DNA from: an uncultured bacterium | Lineage (GTDB): Bacteria; Verrucomicrobiota; Kiritimatiellia; RFP12; UBA1067 | Assembly: GCA_902764415.1 (NCBI GenBank) | Contig: CACWVU010000003.1 | Coordinates: 3,857 to 67,856, forward strand | DNA: 64,000 nt | Direction: 5' to 3' | Shown here: piece by piece, positions 8,570 to 17,900 of the stretch | Position numbering within the stretch: the stretch's first letter is position 1 | Layout of the letters: each line of letters begins with the position of its first letter | Position numbers and translations under genes: made by a program | Notes under the pieces: model-generated | What the model was told of the DNA's origin: nothing | What the model saw: only the letters and a program-made list of their open reading frames with translations | The model's database searches: none

Positions 8570-10740
8570 AAAACAGAAACAGAATCGCGCCTTTCCTGTG
8601 CGCCGCCTGGGGATCACTGGCGCTCTGCGCCTCGGCCGCGGAGGCGGTGGGATACTGCGCCTACGTCGACCCGTTCATCGGAACCGCCGGCACGGGCCAT
8701 ACATTTCCCTCCGCCTGCGTTCCCTTCGGCCTCGTCCAGGCCGGGCCCGACACGGGCAACGGAGACTGGGCGCACTGCTCCGGCTACAGCTACGAAGACA
8801 AGTCCATCTTCGGCTTCTCGCAGACCCATCTCAACGGCACTGGCTGTCCCGATCTCGGCGACGTGAGGATCCTTCCCTTTGCGGCGGAGTCCGTTCCCGG
8901 GTCGGTGGCCTACGACAAGGCGAGCGAGCGCGCGAAGCCCGGCTTCTACGCCGTCACGCTTGCCGGCGGCGTCAGGGTCGAGGCCTCCGCGACCGAGCGC
9001 TGCGCCATCTACCGCATTTCCTATCCGAAGGGCGCGAAGGGCCGTCTTCTCGTCGACCCCCACTGGTGCATAACGAGGCGCCAGCCCGCCTCCGACTGCA
9101 TCCGCTCCGTCGACGTCGCGCCTGACGGCAGGGCCGGCGTCTCGGGCAAGGTCGCCGTCAACAACTGGGTCGAGCGCACCTACGCCTTCAAGATGGAGTT
9201 CTCCCGGCCGTTCTTGTCGGAGAAGGATCTCGTCTTCGACTTCGGCGAGTCGTCGGGCGAACCGCTCGTGGTGAAGGTCGCGCTCTCCGCGCTGGGCGGC
9301 GTTTCCGACGCCGCGCGCAACCTCGCCGCGGAGATACCCGGCTGGGATTTCGACCGCGTCGCAGCTGCCGCGGACGCGAAGTGGTCGAAGATGCTCTCCT
9401 GCGTGGCGGTCGAGGGCAGCGACGACCAGAAGCGCAACTTCTACACCTCCCTCTACCACCTCTTCATCCAGCCGAACAACATTGCCGATGCCGGCCACAA
9501 GCCCTTCTACTCCACGCTTTCCACCTGGGACACCTTCCGCGCGGCGCATCCGCTCTACACGATCCTCGTTCCCGAGAAGGCGGCGGAATTCGTCGACTCG
9601 ATGCTGGAGCAGGGCCGTCGCACGGGGTATCTTCCGATCTGGACCTTGTGGGGTCGGGACAACCAGTGCATGATCGGCACACATTCCATTCCCGTCATCG
9701 TCGATTGGTTCTTGAAGGATTACTTTAGCCGCAAAGAACGCAAAGAGCACAAAGACTTTGCGGATTCTGCGTCCTTTGCGGCTAAAAAACAATACTGGCT
9801 TGCCGCGTATGAGCAGATCAAGGAGACGCTCACGAAGCGGCACGAGGGGCGCTACAAGGAGCGCTGGGATCTTCTCGACCGGCACGGATACTATCCGTAC
9901 GACGTGATCAGGAACGAATCGGTCTCGCGCACGCTTGAATGCGCCTACGACGACTGGTGCGCGGCGCAGATGGCCGCGAAGCTCGGACACGAGGAGGACG
10001 CGGAGTTCTTCCGCCGCCGGTCGGAGAACTGGCGGAACGTCTTCGATCCGTCGCTCGGACTCATGCGCAGCAAGGACTCGAAAGGCAACTGGCGCGATCC
10101 GTTCGATCCTTCCGCAGTCGGCTACGGCGAAGGCTACGACTTCACCGAGGGGAACTCGTACCAGTACACCTGGCACGTCATGCAGAACCCCGACGGCCTC
10201 GTAGCGGCGATGGGCGGACGCGAGGCGTTCGTGAAGCGGCTTGACTGGCTTTTCGAGCGGCCCGAGGTGGTGAAGGGCGAGGTTTTCGACGTCACGGGGC
10301 TCATCGGGCAGTACGTCCACGGCAACGAGCCGAGCCACCACGTCATCTACTTCTACACGCTTGTCGGCGAGCGCGACAAGGCCGCGCGCAGGGTCCGCGA
10401 CGTGTTCGACAGGTTCTACCTCCCAAAGCCGGACGGGCTCTGCGGCAACGACGACTGCGGACAGATGAGCGCCTGGTACGTCTTTTCGGCGCTCGGGTTC
10501 TATCCGTTCAACCCCTGCGGCGGCACGTACGTCCTCGGCGCGCCGCAGATTCCGAAGGCGACGATAGAGCTTGCGGGCTGCAAGACCCTGACCGTCGTCG
10601 CCAACAACCTCTCCGTCGAGAACAGGTACGTGAAGTCGGTCACGTTCAACGGCAAGCCGCTCGACAAGACGATCGAGCACGCCGACCTCATGTCCGGCGG
10701 CGAGCTCGTCTTTGAAATGACGAACGCCGCGCGAAGATGA
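8566..10740 (+). CDS. GH92 family alpha-mannosidase (secreted), carrying an in-frame palindromic insert
   Basis: ATG 8566 overlaps the upstream TGA (ATGA). Signal MKNRNRIAPFLCAAWGSLALCASAAEA. GH92 hallmarks are YVDPFIGTAGTGHTFPSACVPFGLVQAGPDT, GYLPIWTLWG, GNEPSHHVIYFY and GLCGNDDCGQMSAWYVFSALGFYP. Confidence 0.92.
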   Translation: MKNRNRIAPFLCAAWGSLALCASAAEAVGYCAYVDPFIGTAGTGHTFPSACVPFGLVQAGPDTGNGDWAHCSGYSYEDKSIFGFSQTHLNGTGCPDLGDVRILPFAAESVPGSVAYDKASERAKPGFYAVTLAGGVRVEASATERCAIYRISYPKGAKGRLLVDPHWCITRRQPASDCIRSVDVAPDGRAGVSGKVAVNNWVERTYAFKMEFSRPFLSEKDLVFDFGESSGEPLVVKVALSALGGVSDAARNLAAEIPGWDFDRVAAAADAKWSKMLSCVAVEGSDDQKRNFYTSLYHLFIQPNNIADAGHKPFYSTLSTWDTFRAAHPLYTILVPEKAAEFVDSMLEQGRRTGYLPIWTLWGRDNQCMIGTHSIPVIVDWFLKDYFSRKERKEHKDFADSASFAAKKQYWLAAYEQIKETLTKRHEGRYKERWDLLDRHGYYPYDVIRNESVSRTLECAYDDWCAAQMAAKLGHEEDAEFFRRRSENWRNVFDPSLGLMRSKDSKGNWRDPFDPSAVGYGEGYDFTEGNSYQYTWHVMQNPDGLVAAMGGREAFVKRLDWLFERPEVVKGEVFDVTGLIGQYVHGNEPSHHVIYFYTLVGERDKAARRVRDVFDRFYLPKPDGLCGNDDCGQMSAWYVFSALGFYPFNPCGGTYVLGAPQIPKATIELAGCKTLTVVANNLSVENRYVKSVTFNGKPLDKTIEHADLMSGGELVFEMTNAARR
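9724..9786 (+). repeat. 63-nt palindromic mini-element inserted in frame in the GH92 CDS
   Basis: A perfect 13-bp inverted repeat: tttagccgcaaag (9724-9736) and ctttgcggctaaa (9774-9786). The interior gccgcaaagaacgcaaagagcacaaag matches the reverse complement of the TTCTTTGnG module of elements A/B at 24 of 27 nt. It starts on a codon boundary, spans 21 codons, and translates FSRKERKEHKDFADSASFAAK. Confidence 0.8.
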
Positions 10741-10755
10741 CGGCGAAGGCATGAG

Positions 10756-11799
10756 ATGAAGCGTCTGCGGGGATTTGACTACAAGCGGCCATTCTTCTAC
10801 ATGGTGACGCTGAAGCGGCTGCCGGGGCTGGCCGCCTTCTCGCAGATTTCGGACGAGGCGCCGCCGCCGGGATGGTGCCGGACGGGCCCGGCGCCGCAAA
10901 ACGCGCACGGGCGGCCGCGTTACCTTGTCGAGAACGAGATTACCAAGGCGTTTGCGCGGGTGATCCGCGAATTCGCCGCGAAGTGGTGGGGGCTGTGGCC
11001 GATAGACTGCTTTGTGATCATGCCAGATCACATTCACTTGCTCATTCGCATCAAGGATACCGGCGATCAGATGCCGCTCGGGAGCTATGTCTACCAGCTG
11101 ATGAAGGCGCTGGCAGGGGAGTATTGGCGCCTGACGGGGCAGGCGCCGCAAAACGCGGTGCAGAGGACGGGGGCCGGCGCCGCAAAACGGCTCGAACAGG
11201 GCAAGAGTGTTGCAGGGGCGGCCTCGTCCGCCCCGCCCGCCCCTGTCTTCGAGCGAGCCTGGCATGACTGGATCGTGAAGAAGGATGGCCAGCTCGCGGC
11301 CTTTACGCGCTATATTCGCGAGAACCCGGAGCGGGCTTGGCTCCGCCGCGCCAATCGCCGATATTTTGGCAAGGTGCACAAGGTCTCTTTCCTTGGCCGC
11401 GAGTGGTTCGCGTATGGCAACCTTGCGATTCTCGATCTGCCGGTGCTTGTGGCGGTGAAGGGGCACCGCGCAACGAAGCCGGGCACGCCGGAGTGGAATG
11501 CGCTTGTGGATTCTTGCGCGCGCATCGGGCCGGGCGGCGCAGGCGTGGGAACATTCATGAGCCCGCTGGAAAAGGAATGCGGCAACGCCATCGCCAAGGC
11601 GGGTGGGAAGTGGGTTGTGCTTTCGCCCGAGGGCTTCCACGAGCGGTGGCATCCGCCGCGCGAGAAGGAGCGCTTCTGCGCCGAAGGGCGCATGCTCTTC
11701 CTCTCGCTCTGGCCGCCGATGGAACGGCGGCCGCAAAACGCGGAACTTTACCAGCGCTGCCATGAGATGGGGGACGTCGTGGCAGCGGGGCTGGGGTAG
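10756..11799 (+). CDS. RAYT-like HUH tyrosine transposase homologue (IS200/IS605 TnpA superfamily, COG1943-type) with ~155-aa C-terminal extension
   Basis: HUH motif in FVIMPDHIHLLIRI. Catalytic-Tyr helix AWHDWIVKKDGQLAAFTRYIRENPERAWL. The N-terminal GFDYKRPFFYMVT is typical of the family. The C-terminal half (from ~FLGREWFAYGNL) is of unrecognised family. Confidence 0.7.
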   Translation: MKRLRGFDYKRPFFYMVTLKRLPGLAAFSQISDEAPPPGWCRTGPAPQNAHGRPRYLVENEITKAFARVIREFAAKWWGLWPIDCFVIMPDHIHLLIRIKDTGDQMPLGSYVYQLMKALAGEYWRLTGQAPQNAVQRTGAGAAKRLEQGKSVAGAASSAPPAPVFERAWHDWIVKKDGQLAAFTRYIRENPERAWLRRANRRYFGKVHKVSFLGREWFAYGNLAILDLPVLVAVKGHRATKPGTPEWNALVDSCARIGPGGAGVGTFMSPLEKECGNAIAKAGGKWVVLSPEGFHERWHPPREKERFCAEGRMLFLSLWPPMERRPQNAELYQRCHEMGDVVAAGLG

Positions 11800-11852
11800 G
11801 TGCGTTGCGTATTCTGAGCGGCGATTTTTGCGCGAGTTGAGCGCGTGGGGGG

Positions 11853-11881
11853 TTGCATTGTTCCCCGCGATTTTGTATAAT
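11853..11881 (+). promoter_or_regulatory. sigma70-like promoter for the 3,530-aa gene
   Basis: TTGCAT (11853-11858), a 17-nt spacer, then a perfect TATAAT (11876-11881). GGAGG at ~11900-11904 lies 8 nt before ATG 11913. Confidence 0.55.
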
Positions 11882-11912
11882 ACCGAACAAACAATAATGG
11901 GAGGAATGTAAC

Positions 11913-14900
11913 ATGAAGGTCTCAAAACTGCTCTCCGTTGTGGTGGCGGCCGCTTCCACTTTGTTCGTTGCACTCTCCGCTCGCGCGGAATTTACTTGCG
12001 AGCTTTCGTTCCTGCAGGCGCCGTCAACCGCGCTCGCGAACTTCCCCGTGCTTGTGCGGCTCGCGGAGGACGCGCCGACGGGCTTCTCCTATGCGGACTG
12101 CCCCACGGCGAGCTGCATCTGGTTCACGGACGCGAACGACGACGCGATTCCCTGCGACGTCGATACGTGGGACGATGAAGGCGAGTCGCTGGTCTGGGTC
12201 TCGGTCCCCTCGCTCTCCTCCTCCGCGACAATCAAGATGCACTGGGACGCCGCCGGCGCGCCGGCGGGCCTGCCCGCCTCGTCGCAGGTGTGGTCGCTCG
12301 CGAACTACGTCGGCGTCTGGCACATGAACGAGCTTGTATACGACTCGACCAAGGAAAAGCACTACACGCCCGACTCCTCCGCGAGCGGCTGGAACGCCTA
12401 CAAGGTCACCCAGTCCGATGCCGTCCCGGCGCCCGTCACGACGGCAACCGGCGTCACCGCCAATCCAACGCCGCTCACCGGCACGGCGATGAACATCGCC
12501 TACGGCGCCGGCAAGGACAACGCTGCATTCGGCGGCTTTGCTGTCCCAATGGCCCAGACTTCATCTTTCACGCTGGGCGGCTCCGGATTTACGCTTTCCG
12601 CCATCGTCAACTCCCAGCAGGTCGCCAACGACGGCCGCTGCCGTGTCATCGCCTTTGGCGCTGCCTACAACGAAATGGCGAACCTCTCCATCGGTTGCGA
12701 CAACATCTATGTCATGGGAGGAACCAACCATCTCAAGGCCAATCCCCGCGGCCAGACGGACTGGGTTTACTCGGCTGGCGTCTTCAACTCGCCCCGCTCG
12801 AAGATCTACGCCGACGGCGTCTGCCTTTCCGGTAGCAACGAAGGCAACCCCAGCCTCGCGAGCCTCTCGCTCACGAAGGGCATCGGCCTCGGCTGCTTCA
12901 TCGACGGCAAGAACACCCTTGACGGCTACCTCGATGAAGCCCGCATCCGCAATGTCGCCTCGACCGGCGAATGGGTTGCCGAGGAATACAAGACCGTGAC
13001 GACGGCGAACTATGTCTCCTTCGGCGAGGTGGAGACCGGCGTCGAGGTACTGCGCCTCGGCCCTGTCGCCGTCTCGGACGTGACGCCGACGAACGCGGTC
13101 GTCACGGGCGAGCTGCGCACGCTCGGCGAAGGCGCGACCTCGGCCGACGTCTGGCTCGTCTATACGGACGGCGGCGCCACGACGAACCGCATCGCCCTCG
13201 GGCCGAAGAGCGGCGAACCCTCTGCGCTCTCGGTCACGCTCGAGAACCTCGCCGAGAAGACGACCTACACCTGCTGGTTCACCGCGACGAACAACCTCTC
13301 GGCCGGCGCGGACTCCGCCACGGCGTCGTTCAAGACGAAGCGGATTCCGACTGGAACCGGCATCTACGAGTGCGAGCTTTCCTTCCCCTCCGCGCCCGCG
13401 ACGCCCCTTGAGAACTTCCCCGTCCTCGTGCGTCTTGCCAACGACGCGCCCGAGGGCTTCCTCTACGAGGACTGCCCGACCGCCGCGCACCTCTGGTTCA
13501 CGGACGGATACGATACCGTCCTTCCCTTCGAGGCAGACACGTGGAACACGGCGGGTGAATCGCTCGTCTGGGTTTCGGTGCCGTCCTTCTCGTCGGCGAC
13601 GAAGATCACGATGCACTGGTCGAGCGACGCGGACAGCGTCGAGGATTCGCCCGACGCGCGCGAGGTGTGGACGCGCGCCGGCTACAACGCCGTCTGGCAC
13701 TTTAGCGGCAGCGCGGCGGAGTCCGTGAACGGGCTCAACGCCAGTGTCACAAAGGGCTCACCGACCTACGATGGCAACGCATCCTATCCCGGCCCGCTCG
13801 GCAAGACGCTCTGGCTCGCCAACAACTCCGCGCTCGGCTATGCTGTCGATCCCGCCTGGACGACGCTCGGCGCGAACGCAAGTCTGACCATCTCGTGCCT
13901 GGCGCGGCCAGTCACCGCAAGCCTCGGCGGCTACGCCCGCATGGTCTGCTGCCAGACCTCCTGGGAAGTCAAGCACGGCTACACGTTCGCGGTCCACAGT
14001 CCTATCAGTAAGATCACGCTTGGCTCGTCTGATTCGAGCGAACTCGCGCTGAACAGCGGCACCGGCAATTGGTCCGGCTGGCCCTCCACCGACTGGGTTC
14101 ATCTTACGGCAAGATACGACAACACCGCCGGCGCCATCTTCAAGGACGGCCAGACGGCGATAAGCGGCGCGATCAAGACGCTCGCCACGCCGGAGGGCGT
14201 GCTCTACCTCGGTGCGAACGGCGACGGCAACCAGCGGTTCTGGGTCGGCGGCCTCGACGAAATCCGCATCCGCGCGGCGGCTTCCTCGGACGACTGGGTC
14301 GCGGCGGAATACGCGACGATGGCGACGGCGAACTATGTTTCCTTCGGCGACGTGGAGGAAGCCGCCGCCGGCGTTTCGCTCGAGTTCGGAACGCCGTCCG
14401 TTTCGTCCGTCTCGGCGACGGGCGCGATCATTTCGGCGCGCCTCAAGAGCCTCGGCGAGAACGCGACGTCCGCAAATCTCTGGGTTGTCGTTTCCGGCTT
14501 CGGCCAGACGCGCACCTATCCGCTTGTTCCGGCGACAGGGCCGAAGGTCGTCGAGGCGACGCTTTCGGGCCTCCAGCCCGGCGCGGACTGGACCGCCTAC
14601 CTGACGGCGACGAACAACGCCTCGCCCGCCGTTGGGACGAATTCCGCCGCCGTCGTCTTCTCGACGGATTCCGACGCCGGCGGCCTCGGTGGGGTCGGCC
14701 TCTATCAGGCGGTCACGACCAGCAGCGCGATTCCCGCCGACGCCGCGGCGAACTGGGATATTGCCGCGTCCGGCATCGTTACGCTCGGCCCGCTCGCCAT
14801 GCGCTGCGCCCTGAGCTCAGGAACGCACCAGTGGCAGGCGACGGACGGCTCCAGCTACCAATGGAGCAACAACACGGGCTTCGGCTATGCGGGCTGCATG

Positions 14901-17900
14901 TATATGGAGGCCGGCAAGGACTACTACTTCGGCGGCGCGATCGACGACGCGGGCTGCGTGTGGGTCGATGATGGCGTTGCTGGCTGGGATGCAAAGCGCA
15001 CCGCCTCGCAGCTCGGCGGCTACCAAAGTTGGAACAAGGCAGGCCCCTATACCGTAGCCAAGACCGGCTTCCGCCGCGTGGTCTTCTCCTGCTGGAACGG
15101 TGGCGGCGGCGCCGGCGCGGAATCCGGCGGTTCAGTCACCAGCGAACAGGCGGCGCTCCGCTACGCGGCAGTCGCGAACGGCGCGGCCGCGCCAGGCAAG
15201 GACGACGCCTCCTGGCTTCCCGCGGTCGATCCGGGCGACGGCTCGCTCTTCCGCCTCAGCGTCGGTGTGCTCCGCGGGGTCTCCGTTCTTTCGGCGGTGC
15301 GCGACGGCACGCTCCTCTCCGCACGGGTCGCCGTGGACGCGGCGGCTCCCGGTGAAATAAGCAAGCTCAGGTATGTCTTCGGCGCGACGCACGGCGGGTT
15401 CAACCCTGCGGACTGGGAGGGCGGCTCGCTCGTCGTGTCGTCGCTCCCGGCGACGGCGGCGACGAACGACTACATCGTCGGCATCGCGGCGGACACGCGC
15501 TACGTGCGCTTCTACATCGACGACGACGGCGCGATCGGCTGGTCGGCCACGATTTCGCTCGACTGGGCCGGCGAAACGACGATAGCGGACGACTTCCTCT
15601 TCATCGGGGACCCCGAAGTCCTGTCCGTAGGCGCCGACAAGGCGACCGTTTCGGCGGTTCTCAACGCGCCCGGCGACGGCGCGACGGCGGCCCAGGCCTG
15701 GTTTGTCGTCACCGGCGGCGGCGAGACTTTCACCGTTCCGGCCGGCACGGCCACATCGCGGACGAACCTCACGGTTGAAGTTACCGGTCTTGTGCCAGAG
15801 ACGGAATATTCAATCTGGTGCACTGCGACGAACAACGCCGCCGAGCCCGCCGGCGCCGATACCCCGGCCGCGACCTTCACGACCGGCCCCAAGTTTTCCG
15901 GCTGGACGCCGGGGCAGACCGCGTTCAAGCAGAACGGAAAGTCGTTCTCCGCGACAGTCCCGATTCTCAACCTCGGCGTCGGCACGACGACCCTCTACCT
16001 GATGACGGGACCGGGCAACGGCAACGTCCCGAACATTTCGGCGACTAAGGTCGTGACGGGAACCGGTGAGCAGACGATTACCGCCGACTTCTCCGCCCTG
16101 CCGTGGGGCACGAAGTACTACTACGGGCTCATGATGGTGAGCGGGACGGCCGAGGAGGCCGTCACCAACGGTCCCTTCACCGCCAGCGGAGAGATCTTCA
16201 GCAACAAATCCTTCGAGCTCCAGGACAACTCGACCTACACATGGGTCGGCGGGGCGACGGGCGTCTGGAACGACGCCGGCAACTGGGAGCGGACTGCGGC
16301 GGGGTCGAACGCCACCACGCTCTACGCCGGCTATCCGGTCTACGGCTCGACGGCGGTCTTCGCGACAAATGTCCAGGTGACCGTGACCATTCCCGCAACG
16401 GAGGGAACGACGACGGTCTCCGGCGGCGTTCCGTCCTGGTCGGTCTCGAATGTTAACCTGACCAATATGGATGCGCCGCTTGTCTTCACACCTGGGCCGC
16501 AGGGCCAGACGAGCATCTTCTACATCGTCGGAAGCATCGTCGCGAGCAGGACATCGAACCGGCTTGTCTTTGACAACTGCCTGTGCCAGCTCCCCAAGCT
16601 CCAGGACACAGGCGCAAACGCCTACAATGCCGAGAACGGCGGAAACCTCGTCGTCACCATTACGGGCGGGTCAGAGGCGTCGTTTAGTTCCATTGAGCCG
16701 AACTATCCGGGCGTCAAGCTCCGCATCGAGGACGGATCGCTCGTGAAATCCGGGACTATTTGCGGCGGCTCCGGCAACACGTCTTATCCGGCGGTGATCG
16801 AAATCGAGGACGCGGAGCTGCGCTCGACGGGGTATATCCAGCCTGACTATCGGGGGATTGGCGGTACGGTCTTCCGGTTCCTCGGCCGCAACCCGAAGCT
16901 TCTGTCCAGCTACTACGCGACCAAGAACTCCGACACCCCGTCCGCCTTCGAGTTTGTCGTGCCGGCCGGTGGCTACTTTACGCCGCCGCTCCACTTCTAC
17001 GGCGACAGCATCCTCGCGTCCGGCGGAAGCAAGGCGATTCTGCTACGCGTCTCCGCCGATTCGCCCGCGCTGGCGACGGGTGTCGGGACGACGACCCGAT
17101 TTGTGAATGCGAAGATCGCGGCCGGCTCCTCCACCGCGCGTGTGGACTTCGACCTGCCTACCGGCGTGACGACGTCAACCTACACGGACGCAAACGGCAA
17201 CGCCGACGGCTATGTCGTCACGATTCCGGCCGGCGACGGCCCGGCGCTTTCGGATGTCGCGCTCGCCTACGCGGGCAACGGCAGCTTCGACGTGGCGGGG
17301 TCGGTTGACCCAGGTTCCGCAGGCAGCGCCACCGTGAAGGTCTATCTGGCGGAAGGGGAGGGCGATTTCGCCGCGGCCGCGACGACGAACGTCACCGCCG
17401 CGGGCGCCTTCCGTCTGCGGGTTTCCGGGCTGACGGACGGAACGGCGTATCGCTGGTATGCCGAGGCCGTTTCCGCGTCGGGCAGCCACGCGACCGAACC
17501 TGAAAGCGTCACCTTCCAGTCCGGCATCGCGAGCGTTTCCGCCGCGACGGTGGAGCCGCATCCCGTCTTGAACGGCGATACGGTCTACACGTTCACCGAT
17601 TCGACCGCCCCCGGCTCAATTACTTTCTCGCAGGGCGGCCTCGTCGAAGTCCTCGTCGTCGGTGGCGGCGGCGCGGGCGGCAACAGCGCCGGCGGCGGCG
17701 GCGGCGGCGGCGCGTTCCTCCATCGCCGTGCCTTCGTTCCCGCCGGAACGTATGCGGTCACCGTCGGCAAGGGCGGCTACAACGCGACGGTAGCCAACAA
17801 CGTTTTGCCGGTCGATGCGGAATCCTCCGCGCTCGGCGCTCTCTTCGTCGCGGCCGGCGGTGGCGCGGGCGGATGCTGGGATATCCCGAGCGGCACGTCG

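Noticed and set aside
8614-11973. Other long minus-strand ORFs over the CAZyme genes and the 3,530-aa gene: 17..1261, 3066..4679, 5826..7394, 8614..11973, 12561..13700, 18642..20201, 21030..22559, 23612..26776 and 27295..28506.
   Set aside because: They have the same antisense-shadow behaviour opposite strongly supported + strand genes with clear family motifs. Their composition is Arg/Ala/Gly/Val-rich and no motifs are present.
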